From an uncultured Actinomycetota bacterium (GTDB lineage Bacteria > Actinomycetota > Actinomycetes > Mycobacteriales > Mycobacteriaceae), in contig CAWACU010000002.1 in assembly GCA_963780705.1 (NCBI GenBank), positions 235,226 through 299,225 on the forward strand: DNA of 64,000 nt, read 5' to 3'. The translations under genes and the position numbers were made by a program. How positions within the stretch are numbered: the stretch's first letter is position 1; each line of letters begins with the position of its first letter. Under the pieces are notes generated by a model. It worked only from the letters and a program-made list of their open reading frames with translations. It made no database searches and was not told the DNA's origin. This document shows positions 39,417 to 51,358 of the stretch, piece by piece.

Positions 39417-40725
39417 ATGGCATGGAGCATCCCGGCGGTACCGCGGCCACCGCTCGGCCTGCCTGATCCGCTACGGCGGATCCACATCGCCCGCGATCTC
39501 GACTCCGATCACCGACATCGGTCCCGAGGACCCGCCCGAGGCCGGCGGGGTCGACACCGCTGCGGTGGACTCCATCTGGCGCTCGGCGCAGGACTGGTAT
39601 CGCAGTGGTGTGCACCCGGCGATGCAGGTGTGTGTGCGCCGCCACGGCGCGGTGATCCTCAACCGCGCGATCGGCCACGCCCACGGTAACGGTCCGGCCG
39701 ATGGACGCGCCACCGAACGGGCGGCCGCCACCGTCGACACCCCGTTCTGCGTGTATTCGACCTCTAAGGCGATCACCGCGTTCCTGGTGCACAAGCTGTG
39801 CGAGCGCGGTGTGCTGAGCCTGGATGACAAAGTCGCCGACTACATCCCCGGCTATGAGCGCAACCGCAAGCACCGGATCACCATCGGCCATGTGCTCGCC
39901 CACCGCGCCGCGGTGCCGAACCTGCCAAGGACCGCACTGGACCTCGATCGCCTCGGCGACCGGCAGTACATGACCGACATCCTGGTCGAGGCCGCACCGT
40001 TCGCGAAGGCCGGCCGCTACCTGGCGTATCACGCGGTCTCTGGCGGTTTCATCCTCGGCGAGATCGTGCACGCCGTCACCGGCAAGGACATCCGTGAGGT
40101 GCTGGCCGAGGAATTCCTCGATCCGCTCGGCTTCCGCTGGATGAACTACGGCGTTGCCGCCGACGACATCGACAAGGTGGCCGTCAACTACATCACCGGA
40201 CCGCCCACCGCGCCGCCGCTGTCGAACCTGCTCAGCCGCGCGCTCGGGGTGGGGCTGGACAGCCTGGTCGAGCTGACCAACGACCCCCGCTACCTGACCG
40301 GCATCGTCCCCTCGGCCAACACCATCACCACCGCGTTCGAGCTGAGCCGCTTCTTCGAAGTGATGCGCCGCGGCGGCGAACTCGACGGGGTCCGGGTCAT
40401 CGAGACCGACACCATCCGCAAGGCGCTCGAAGAGTGCTCGCATCTGGAGATCGACCTGTCGCTGGGATACCCGACCCGGTTCTCCTACGGACTGATGCTG
40501 GGCGCCCGGGTGGTCAGCCTGTTCGGCCTCGACACCCAGCGGGCGTTCGGCCACCTCGGCTTCACCAACATCCTGGCCTGGGCCGACCCCGAACGCGCCA
40601 TCTCCGTCGCGGTGCTCAACAGCGGCAAGCCGGTGGTCTACCCGGAGTTCTACCGCTTCCTGGGGACCATGCAGCAGATCAGCAGCGCGATGCCGAAGGT
40701 GTCCGCCGATGAGCGAATCCTCTAG
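39417..40725 (+). CDS. Serine hydrolase, beta-lactamase family (LipE-like; frameshift near the N-terminus)
   Basis: SxxK (YSTSK), YHA, FGHLG; TACTAT -10 seven nt before ATG 39417. Confidence 0.85.
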
Positions 40726-40741
40726 CGCAGGAAAGGAAATC

Positions 40742-41587
40742 ATGTCTGCACATCTGGCCGGCAAGGTCGTCATCGTCACCGGGGCGGCCAGTGGCTTCGG
40801 CCGGCTGATCGCCGAGAAGTGCGCGGCGGGCGGGGCCAAGGTGGTCGGTGTCGACGTCGACGCGCGAAGCACTCGAGGAGGTGGTCGCCGGGATCCGCGC
40901 GGCCGGGGGAGCAGGCACTGGCGCAGGTGGCCGACGTCACCGACCTGGCCGCGCTACAAGGCCGCCGCGCGACACGGCGGTCGAGCACGTTCGGCGCCGT
41001 CGACGTGCTGGTCAACAACGCCGGGGTGATGCCGCTGGCCTACTTCGCCGACCACGAACGCGCCTGGCAGCGTTGGCATCAGGCCATCGACATCAACATC
41101 AAGGGTGTGGTCAACGGCATCTCCGCGGTCTACGACCAGATGATCGCCCAGGGCCGCGGACATGTGGTCAACATCTCCTCGATCTACGGCAACGGCGGGA
41201 TCGCCGGCGCCGGGGTCTACAGCGCCACCAAGGCCGCGGTCGACGGCGATCTCCGATGCGCTGCGGGTGGAGACCCAGGGCCGGATCAAGGTCACGACCG
41301 TCAAGCCCACCGGGGTGTTCGGCACGAATCTGGCCGGCGGGATCGTCAACCAGACCGCGATCATGGAGCTGGCCGGCCAGCACGGGCCGCAGTTCGCCGA
41401 GAACCTCGGCCAACTACTGTCGGCGGGATCGCTGCGGCCCGAGCAGACCGACGTCGACTCGGTGCAGTACTGGCTGATCACCCCCGACGACCTGGCCGAC
41501 GCGGTGGTGCACGTCATCGACCAGCCGTGGGGGATCAGCGTCAGCGACGTGACGGTGCGCGCCAGCGGCGAGAACTACATCCGCTGA
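40742..41587 (+). CDS. Short-chain dehydrogenase/reductase (frameshifted)
   Basis: TGAASGFG, NNAG, YSATK. Confidence 0.88.
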
Positions 41588-41615
41588 TCGCGCTAGTTGA
41601 TCCGCGTGTCGCGCG

Positions 41616-42684
41616 TTAGTTGATCGGGGCGTTGAGCCAGCGCAGGTCGTCGACGATCCCGCGGGCGGCGATCAGGCCCTGACCGGTCTGCCACACCTCG
41701 TTGTTGACCACGAACACCCGGTTGTCCCGGTTGGCCGACAGCTGTGCGCCAGGCGTCGCTCTCCAGCAGTGCCGGCGCGCGGTCCTTGGCCGCCGGCGAG
41801 GCGAACGACAGGTAGACGATGTCGCCGTCGGCGGCGGAGAAGTCGGCGCTCGTCGAGACCGATCTCCACGATAGGGCTTGTCGGTGAACCGTTGCGCCGC
41901 AGGGCGATCCACGCCGACGGCGGCCAGCACGCTGCCCGGGAAGTTCTCCGCCCCGAACACCCGCAGCGACGAGTCGGTGAGCTGAACCACCGAGGCCTGG
42001 AAGTGGGTGGCGTCGTTGGCCTCACCGGCTTTGCGGGCCTGCTCGGCGAATCCGGCGATCAGCTCGTCGGCCGCGCCGAAGCGCCCGGTGGCCGCCCCGA
42101 CCATTCGAAGGTTGTCCTGCCAGCGGGCGCCCGGTGCGGCGGTGAACACCGTCGGCGCGATCGCCGCCAGCGCCGGATAGGCTCTGCGGCGTCAGATCCG
42201 GCGACCCGAGGATCAGATCCGGCTTGGCCGCCGCGATGGCCGCCAGGTCCGGTGCGCTGCGGCGTGCCCGCCGCGGGCACGTCATGGATCGACGGTGCCC
42301 AGATACGACGGCTGGGCGTCGGCTCCGTCGGGCAGGGCGGCGGCCACGATCCGCGACTGCAGGCCCAGCGCGCACAGGGCGTCGAGCTCGTCGCCGGCGA
42401 GCACCACGATCCGCTGCGGATCGGCCACCACCGCCGTCTCGCCGGCCGCATGCCGCACCGGGCCCGGCGGCGGGCCGTCGAGGGGGGCCGGTTCGGGTGC
42501 GCACGACTCGTCGGGGCGGCGCTGATTGCCCAGCACACCGGCCGAGGCGATCTTGGTGGTGCTGGTGATCACTGAACCGAGCGGGGCCGCCGGCCGGTGT
42601 CTGCGGGGAGCCCGAACATCCGCTGACCGCCAGCGCCGCCGCAACGGCCGCGAACAGAGTCGGACGCACGACGCGGAACAGCAC
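41616..42684 (-). CDS. fecB: Iron-siderophore ABC transporter substrate-binding lipoprotein (frameshifted)
   Basis: Lipobox VSGC, PQRIVVL, PDLILG, RWLNAPIN; synteny with ctaD. Confidence 0.85.
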
Positions 42685-42870
42685 GTCGCGACGGTAACAC
42701 CGCGCCCCGCAAACAGGCGCTGACCTGCCTGTGACCAGCGACGCATCCCGGGTGTGACGCGAATACGACAGAATGTAGGACCCAGGCCGCGAATGGCCCC
42801 GGTTTGGGGATACGATTCGCCGAGATAGCGTTGCGACCCGCCGCTCTTACGTGGATGGTTGGAGGATCTT

Positions 42871-44668
42871 GTGACAGCCGTAGTGCCCTCGCGCGGTGAA
42901 CTAGAGGCCACGTCGCCCCTTCCCGGCTCGCGACCGGTCCCAAGGGCAACCTGATCTACAAGATCATCACCACCACCGACCACAAGCTGATCGGCGTCAT
43001 GTACGTGGTCGCCTGCTTCATCTTCTTCGCGCTGGGCGGCCTGATGGCGCTGTTCATGCGCGCCGAGCTGACACTACCGGGCCTGCAGTTCCTGTCCAAC
43101 GAGCAGTACAACCAGCTGTTCACCATGCACGGCACGGCGATGCTGCTGTTCTACGCCACCCCGATCGTGTTCGGGTTCGCCAACCTGGTGCTGCCGCTTG
43201 CAGATCGGCGCCCCCGACGTCGCCTTCCCGCGGCTGAACGCGCTGTGCTTCTGGCTGTTCGTCTTCGGTGCCCTGATCGCCCTCGGCGGCTTCATCACCC
43301 CCGGTGGCGCCGCCGACTTCGGCTGGACCGATCTACGTGCCGCTGTCGGATTCGGTGCACTCGCCCGGCGCGGGCGCGGACCTGTGGATCCTCGGCGTCG
43401 CCGTCGGCGGCCTGGGCACCATCCTCGGTGCGGTCAACATGATCACCACCGTGGTCTGCATGCGCTGCCCCGGCATGACCATGTTCCGGATGCCGATCTT
43501 CACCTGGAACATCTTCGTCACGTCGATCCTGGTGCTGCTGATCTTCCCGCTGCTGACCGCCGCCCTCTTCGGCTTGGCCGCAGACCGCCGCCTGGGTGCG
43601 CAACATCTATGACCCGGCCAACGGCGGCGTCACTGCTGTTCCAGCACCTGTTCTGGTACTTCGGCCACCCTGAGGTCTACGTCCTCGCGCTGCCGTTCTT
43701 CGGCATCGTCTCGGAGATCTTCCCGGTGTTCGCCCGCAAGCCGATCTTCGGCTACTCCACGCTGGTGTACGCCACCATCGCCATCGCGGCGCTGTCGATG
43801 GCGGTGTGGGCGCACCACATGTACGTCACCGGCGCGGTGCTGCTGCCGTTCTTCTCCTTCATGACGTTCCTGATCGCGGTGCCCACCGGGATCAAGTTCT
43901 TCAACTGGATCGGCACCATGTGGAAGCGGCCAGTTGACCTTCGAGACGCCCATGCTGTTCTCGTTCGGCTTCCTGGTGACCTTCCTGTGCGGCGGCCTGT
44001 CCGGCGTGCTGCTGGCCAGCCCGCCGCTGGACTTCCACGTCTCCGACACCTACTTCGTGGTGGCGCACTTCCACTACGTGCTGTTCGGCGTGATCGTGTT
44101 CGCCACCTACGCCGGCGTGTACTTCTGGTTCCCGAAGATGACCGGCCGGCTGCTCGACGAGCGACTGGGCAAGCTGCACTTCTGGCTGACCATGATCGGC
44201 TTCAACCTGACCTTCCTGGTGCAGCACTGGCTCGGCGACGAGGGCATGCCGCGGCGCTACGCCGACTACCTGCCCACCGACGGCTTCACCACGCTGAACA
44301 TCGTCTCGACCGATCGGCGCCTTCATCCTCGGCGTCGTCGATGCTGCCGTTCTTCTGGAACGTCTTCAAGAGCTGGCGCTACGGCGAGGTCGTCACCGTC
44401 GACGATCCGTGGGGCCACGGCAACTCGCTGGAGTGGGCCACCTCCTGCCCGCCCCCGCGGCACAACTTCACCGAACTGCCCAACGTCCGTTCGGAGCGGC
44501 CGGCGTTCGAGTTGCACTACCCGCACATGGTCGACCGGATGCGGGAGCGAGGCCCACGTCGGGCGCCATCCCGGCAACCGCCCGGTGGCAGCCGCGCTTG
44601 GCTTCGACGCGACCAAGAAGGCTGAGTTCGAAAAGGCCAAGCGTCCGTCCGGGCGCCGGTCCGATTAG
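42871..44668 (+). CDS. ctaD: Cytochrome c oxidase subunit I (frameshifted)
   Basis: [37 protein letters not shown]. Confidence 0.96.
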
Positions 44669-44688
44669 TCGGATATCCACGGCGATAA

Positions 44689-45950
<1,262 letters not shown>

Positions 45951-45952
<2 letters not shown>

Positions 45953-46000
45953 TTTCGGCGCGCAAACGTGCGGTCAGCGCTCGTTACCGCGCCGAAATCG
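45951..46000. repeat. Intergenic REP-like hairpin
   Basis: gatttcggcgcg...cgcgccgaaatc 12-bp inverted arms. Confidence 0.7.
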
Positions 46001-46049
46001 CGGCGACCCGGGGGGCGGGGGCGGGCATGTGATGCGGCACGATGGTCGG

Positions 46050-46904
46050 GTGCCGCCCGAGACCGCCGAGGACGAGGTCGATGGCGTGGACGAGGATCTG
46101 CTGATCGACTTCTCCCGCGTCACCCTGCGCCGCGGTGGCCGGGTGCTGGTCGGTCCGGTCAGCTGGCAGGTTGAACTCGACGAACGCTGGGTGGTGATCG
46201 GCCCCAACGGCGCCGGTAAGACGTCCCTGCTGCGGATGGCCGCCGCCATGGAGTACCCGTCGTCGGGGACGGCGACGGTACTGGGGGAGCGGCTGGGCCG
46301 GGTCGACATGGCCGAGTTGCGGCAGCGCGTCGGGCTGAGCAGTTCGGCTCTGGCGCAACGTATTCCCGACGACGAGGTGGTGCGCGACCTGGTGGTGTCC
46401 GCCGGCTACGCCGTGCTGGGCCGCTGGCGCGAGCGCTACGACGACGTCGACTACGAACGCGCGCTGGACACCCTGGAGAGCGTCGGCGGCGAACACCTGG
46501 CCGACCGCACCTACGGCACCCTCTCCGAGGGCGAGCGCAAACGGGTGCTGATCGCCCGCTCACTGATGACCGACCCGGAACTGCTGCTGCTCGACGAGCC
46601 CGCCGCCGGCCTGGACCTCGGCGGCCGTGAGGAACTGGTCGCCCGATTGGCCGATCTGGCCGCCGACCCGGACTCACCGGCGCTGGTGCTGGTGACCCAC
46701 CACGTCGAGGAGATCCCGCCCGGATTCAGCCACTGCCTGATCCTCGCGGAGGGTCAGGTGGTGGCGGCCGGTCTGCTGCAGGACGTGCTGACCGCCGACA
46801 CCCTCTCGGCCGCGTTCGGCCAGTCGATCGCCGTCGACACCATCGATGGCCGCTATTTCGCCCGCCGGGTGCGTACCCGGGCGGCACACAGGAGGCAACT
46901 ATGA
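46050..46904 (+). CDS. ABC transporter ATP-binding protein (Rv3041c-like)
   Basis: GPNGAGKT, LSEGE, LLLDEP. Confidence 0.92.
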   Translation: MPPETAEDEVDGVDEDLLIDFSRVTLRRGGRVLVGPVSWQVELDERWVVIGPNGAGKTSLLRMAAAMEYPSSGTATVLGERLGRVDMAELRQRVGLSSSALAQRIPDDEVVRDLVVSAGYAVLGRWRERYDDVDYERALDTLESVGGEHLADRTYGTLSEGERKRVLIARSLMTDPELLLLDEPAAGLDLGGREELVARLADLAADPDSPALVLVTHHVEEIPPGFSHCLILAEGQVVAAGLLQDVLTADTLSAAFGQSIAVDTIDGRYFARRVRTRAAHRRQL

Positions 46905-47743
46905 ATCAGGCACCCGTGAACGACATGCCCGAACCGGTCGCCGTGCGGCCGGCCGCCACCGTGATGCTGGTACGCGACAACGTCATTGATGGCCTCGAGG
47001 TGTTCCTGATGCGCCGGCAAGCGACGATGGAGTTCGCCGCCGGGATGACCGTGTTCCCCGGCGGCGGGGTCGACGACCGCGACCGCAACGCCGACATCGC
47101 CTGGTTCGGGCCCGGACCCGAGTGGTGGGCGCAGCGTTTCGGGGTGCCCACCGATCTGGCGGAGGCACTGGTGTGCGCCGCCGCGCGGGAGACCTTCGAG
47201 GAGTCCGGGGTGCTGTTCGCCGGCCCCGCCGACGATCCCGATGGCATCGTCAGCGACGCATCGGTCTATCACCACGAACGCATCGCCCTGGAGGACCGCA
47301 GCCTGGCCTTCGGCGACTTCCTGCGGGCGGAGAAGCTGGTACTGCGCGCGGACCTGCTACGGCCCTGGGCGAACTGGGTCACCCCGAAGGAGGAGCGCAC
47401 CCGCCGCTACGACACCTTCTTCTTCGTCGGGGCTCTGCCCGAAGGGCAGCAGGCGGACGCCGACATCAACACCGAGTCCGATCTGGCCGGCTGGGCCCGC
47501 CCGGAGGCCGCCATCGAGGACTTCGCGCAGGGCCGCGCGCTACTGCTGCCGCCCACCTGGACCCAACTGGATTCCCTGGCCGGCCGGACGGTGGCCGATG
47601 TCCTGGTGGTGGAACGGCACATCGTGACTGTCGAACCGCAGCTGACCATGCTCGAGGGCGGCAACTGGGAGATCGAGTTCTTCGACGCCGACCGCTACAA
47701 CGAGGCACGCCGCCAGGCGCTGCGACAGATCGGGGAGGGCTGA
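46901..47743 (+). CDS. NUDIX hydrolase (Rv3040c-like)
   Basis: FPGGGVD...[10 protein letters not shown]. Confidence 0.9.
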   Translation: MNQAPVNDMPEPVAVRPAATVMLVRDNVIDGLEVFLMRRQATMEFAAGMTVFPGGGVDDRDRNADIAWFGPGPEWWAQRFGVPTDLAEALVCAAARETFEESGVLFAGPADDPDGIVSDASVYHHERIALEDRSLAFGDFLRAEKLVLRADLLRPWANWVTPKEERTRRYDTFFFVGALPEGQQADADINTESDLAGWARPEAAIEDFAQGRALLLPPTWTQLDSLAGRTVADVLVVERHIVTVEPQLTMLEGGNWEIEFFDADRYNEARRQALRQIGEG

Positions 47744-47745
47744 GC

Positions 47746-48459
47746 GTGCGCGAGTTCGTCACCGTCCACGTCAGCGAGCAGCAGCCGGGCATCGGCACGA
47801 TGCTGCTGACTCGGGAGCCCACTAACGCGCTGACCCGTCAGGCCTACCGCGAGATCATCTCCGCCGCAGCCGAAGTGGCCGAGCGCGACGACATCGCCAC
47901 GGTGGTGCTCTTCGGCGGCCATGACATCTTCTCCGCCGGCGACGACATGACTGAGCTGCTCACCCTGGACCGCGCCGAGGCCGAGGCGGCCGACGAGTTG
48001 CGCCGCGACGCCCTGGACGCGGTGGCCGCCATCGGCAAGCCGACCGTCGCCGCCATCACCGGGTACGCGCTGGGCGCCGGGCTGAGCCTGGCGCTGTGCG
48101 CCGACTGGCGGGTGTGCGGCGACAACGCCAAACTCGGTGCCACGGAGATCCTGGCCGGCCTGGTCCCCGGCGGTGGCGGGTGCGGGCGGCTGGCCCGCGC
48201 GGTGGGTCCGTGGCAGGCCAAGGAGATGACCTTCAGCGGGCGCTTCGTCGGGGCCAAGGAGGCGCTGGCGCTGCGTCTGGTCGACGAACTGGTGGCCCCC
48301 GATCACGTCTTCGACGCCGCGCTGGTGTGGGCGAACCGGTTCGTCGACGCCCCCGCGGCGGCGCTGGCCGGGGCCAAGGCGCTGATCGACGGTGGTCTGG
48401 ATGCGGCCGGCCAGCGGCAGTGCTACGGCGATGTCTTCGCTGCCGGTCCGGGTCGTTAG
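47746..48459 (+). CDS. echA17: Enoyl-CoA hydratase/crotonase
   Basis: [22 protein letters not shown]; synteny. Confidence 0.85.
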   Translation: MREFVTVHVSEQQPGIGTMLLTREPTNALTRQAYREIISAAAEVAERDDIATVVLFGGHDIFSAGDDMTELLTLDRAEAEAADELRRDALDAVAAIGKPTVAAITGYALGAGLSLALCADWRVCGDNAKLGATEILAGLVPGGGGCGRLARAVGPWQAKEMTFSGRFVGAKEALALRLVDELVAPDHVFDAALVWANRFVDAPAAALAGAKALIDGGLDAAGQRQCYGDVFAAGPGR

Positions 48460-48469
48460 GCTGCCCTTC

Positions 48470-49441
48470 ATGACGACGGACTCCGATGCGGCTCCGAACC
48501 CGCACGCCACCGCCGAACAGGTCGAGGCGGCGTGGAAGGACACCAAGCTGGCCCAGGTGCTCTACCACGATTGGGAAGCCGAGACTTACGACGACAAGTG
48601 GTCGATCTCCTACGACAAGCGCTGCGTCGACTACGCGCGCGACCTCTTCGACGCCACCGTGCCCGACGAGGAACTGCGCGCCCTGCCCTATGAGCGGGCG
48701 CTGGAACTCGGTTGCGGCAGCGGTTTCTTCCTCCTCAACCTGATGCAGGCGGGGGTGGCCCGGCGCGGGTCGGTCACCGACCTGTCACCGGGCATGGTGA
48801 AGGTCGCCATCCGCAACGGCGAATCGCTGGGCCTCGACATCGACGGCCGGGTGGCCGACGCCGAAGGAATCCCGTATGAGGACGGCACCTTCGATCTGGT
48901 GGTGGGTCACGCGGTGCTGCACCACATCCCCGATGTCGAGAAGTCGTTGCGCGAGGTGGTGCGGGTGCTCAAGCCCGGCGGCCGCTTCATCTTCGCCGGG
49001 GAGCCGACCACCGTCGGCAACACCTATGCCCGCAACCTGTCCACGCTGACCTGGCGGGTGGCCACCAACGCCACCAAACTGCCCGGGCTGAGCGGCTGGC
49101 GCCGGCCACAGGAAGAACTCGACGAGTCATCGCGTGCCGCCGCGCTGGAGGCCGTCGTCGACCTGCACACCTTCGACCCCGCCGATCTGGAGCGGATGGC
49201 CCGCAATGCCGGAGCCGTCGAGGTGTCCACCGCGACAACGGAATTCACCGCCGCGATGCTCGGTTGGCCGCTGCGGACCATCGAGGCCATGGTGCCCTCG
49301 GGAAAGCTGGGTTTCGGGTGGGCCAAGTTCGGCTTCACCAGCTGGACGACGCTGAGTTGGATCGACGACAACCTGTGGCGCCGTGTGGTGCCCAAGTCGT
49401 GGTACTACAACGTGATGATCACGGGAACTAAAAAGCCGTGA
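48470..49441 (+). CDS. Class I SAM methyltransferase (Rv3038c-like)
   Basis: LELGCGSG, GHAVLHH; TAGGCT -10 seven nt before ATG. Confidence 0.92.
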   Translation: MTTDSDAAPNPHATAEQVEAAWKDTKLAQVLYHDWEAETYDDKWSISYDKRCVDYARDLFDATVPDEELRALPYERALELGCGSGFFLLNLMQAGVARRGSVTDLSPGMVKVAIRNGESLGLDIDGRVADAEGIPYEDGTFDLVVGHAVLHHIPDVEKSLREVVRVLKPGGRFIFAGEPTTVGNTYARNLSTLTWRVATNATKLPGLSGWRRPQEELDESSRAAALEAVVDLHTFDPADLERMARNAGAVEVSTATTEFTAAMLGWPLRTIEAMVPSGKLGFGWAKFGFTSWTTLSWIDDNLWRRVVPKSWYYNVMITGTKKP

Positions 49442-49486
49442 TCACGGGACTGGAAAATTTTGATCACGGGGATTAGACCGTCCTGA
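49416..49486. repeat. Three copies of tgatcacggg (22-23-bp period) duplicating the methyltransferase 3' end
   Basis: Copies at 49416, 49439 and 49461. Confidence 0.8.
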
Positions 49487-50670
49487 GGTTCACCCGCGCC
49501 GACGTCGCCTATCTGAGCAGCCCGGCGGGATCTGCGGCGCTGGCCGAAGTCGCGCAACGCTCGTTGGCGGAGTCCACCCGGGTCGCCGACGTCGCCGCCG
49601 TGCGCGCCGGCTTCGGGGAGCGCGCCGCCGCGCTGATCGAGACCACCCTGCTGCGGCGCAAGGCGGCGGCTAAGTTCGCTGACGTCGACGTGTCCGACTG
49701 GCTGTTCACCGACGAAGCACTGCAGCAGGCGACCGCCGTCGCCGTGGCTCGCCATCGCGGCCGGCGCCTCGGCCGAGTCGTGGTGCACGACGCCACCTGT
49801 TCGATCGGCACCGAACTGGCCGTCCTGCGCGATACCGCCGACTGTGTGCTCGGCAGCGACGTCGACGACGTCCGCCTGGCGATGGCGGCACACAATCTCG
49901 GTCCCGACGTGCCGCTGTGCCGAGCCGACGCGCTGATGCCGGTCAGCCGCGATGCCGTCGTCCTGCTCGACCCCGCGCGCCGCACCGGTGGACGGCGGCG
50001 GTTCGACCCGCGCGCTTATGTGCCCGCCCTCGATGCGGTCCTGGAGGTCTATCGCGGCCGCGCCACGGTGGTGAAGTGCGCGCCCGGGATCGACTTCGAC
50101 GCGGTTCGCGGACTTGGTTTCGACGGGGAGATCGAGGTGAGTTCCTACGGCGGATCAGTACGTGAGGCGTGCCTGTGGTCTGAGGCGTTGGCAGAACCCG
50201 GTGTGCGCCGGCGGGCTTCGGTGCTGGACCGCGGCGAGGTGCTCACCGACGCCGATCCCGACGAGTGCGGTGTGGCCGCACCAGGGCGCTGGATCGTGGA
50301 CCCCGACGGCGCGGTGGTGCGAGCCGGCCTGGTGCGCCAGTACGCCACCCGGCACGGACTGTGGCAACTCGACCCCGACATCGCCTACCTGACCGGGGAT
50401 CGGGTGCCCGACGGCGTCCGCGGCTTCGAGATCCTCGAGCAGGCGCCTCTGCGCGACAAGGCCCTGCGTCAGGTGTTGGGTGCACATGACTGCGGCCCAC
50501 TGGAGATCCTGGTCCGGGGGGTCGACGTCGACCCGGATGCGTTGCGTTCACGGCTGCGGCCTACCGGCAGCCGGCCGCTGTCGGTGGTGATCACCCGACT
50601 CGGCACCGGTGCGGCCGCGCACGCGGTGGCGTTCGTGTGCCGCGCCGCCGCACCTGGTTGCGCCGCGTAG
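49483..50670 (+). CDS. THUMP-like domain SAM methyltransferase (Rv3037c-like); CTG start proposed
   Basis: EALQQAT, DATCSIG, LDPARR, KCAPG; frame open from 49477. Confidence 0.85.
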   Translation: MRFTRADVAYLSSPAGSAALAEVAQRSLAESTRVADVAAVRAGFGERAAALIETTLLRRKAAAKFADVDVSDWLFTDEALQQATAVAVARHRGRRLGRVVVHDATCSIGTELAVLRDTADCVLGSDVDDVRLAMAAHNLGPDVPLCRADALMPVSRDAVVLLDPARRTGGRRRFDPRAYVPALDAVLEVYRGRATVVKCAPGIDFDAVRGLGFDGEIEVSSYGGSVREACLWSEALAEPGVRRRASVLDRGEVLTDADPDECGVAAPGRWIVDPDGAVVRAGLVRQYATRHGLWQLDPDIAYLTGDRVPDGVRGFEILEQAPLRDKALRQVLGAHDCGPLEILVRGVDVDPDALRSRLRPTGSRPLSVVITRLGTGAAAHAVAFVCRAAAPGCAA

Positions 50671-50680
50671 TCTCGCGGGC

Positions 50681-51355
50681 ATGCGCTCAGCCGCCGCCGT
50701 CGCCGTACTTGCGCTCTCTGCAGCCCTTGTCCTGGCGCCGACAGTCTCAGGCGCGCCGGTGCAATGCGGGTCGCTGGGTGGGGCGGTCGACGGCGGCCTC
50801 TGTCGCGTCGTCGACACACAACCGGCCTACACCCTGGACATCACCTTCCCGCTGGACTATCCCGACGAACAGGTGATCGTCGACTATCTCAGCCAGACCC
50901 GCGCGGGCTTCCTCAACGTCGCGCAGATTCCGGGATCGCGCAACCTGCCCTACGAGATGGACGTCACCGCGGAGGAGTTCCGCTCAGCGGCAACCCGCAG
51001 CGTCGTGCTCACCCTCTTCCAGAACGTCGGCGGCGCCCACCCGACCACCTGGTACAAATCCTTCACCTACGACCTGCAGCGCCGCGGTCCGGTCACCTTC
51101 GACACGCTGTTCGCACCGGGCTCCACGCCACTGGACACCGTATTCCCCATCGTGCAACGCGAATTGGAGACCAGGACAGGTCTTGCCGGGTCGATCAGTC
51201 CCGCCGAGGGCCTGGATCCCGCGCACTACCAGAACTTCGCCGTCACCGACGACGCGGTGATCTTCTTCTTCGGCCGCGCCGAACTGCTGCCGTCCTATGC
51301 CGGTGAGACCTCGGTGTCGGTGCCTCGCAACGCCCTTCCCCCGCTGCAGGTCTGA
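50681..51355 (+). CDS. Secreted MPT64/TB22.2-like DUF3298 protein (Rv3036c-like)
   Basis: Signal peptide, DYPD, GGAHPTTWYKSF, YQNFAV. Confidence 0.85.
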   Translation: MRSAAAVAVLALSAALVLAPTVSGAPVQCGSLGGAVDGGLCRVVDTQPAYTLDITFPLDYPDEQVIVDYLSQTRAGFLNVAQIPGSRNLPYEMDVTAEEFRSAATRSVVLTLFQNVGGAHPTTWYKSFTYDLQRRGPVTFDTLFAPGSTPLDTVFPIVQRELETRTGLAGSISPAEGLDPAHYQNFAVTDDAVIFFFGRAELLPSYAGETSVSVPRNALPPLQV

Positions 51356-51358
51356 GGC

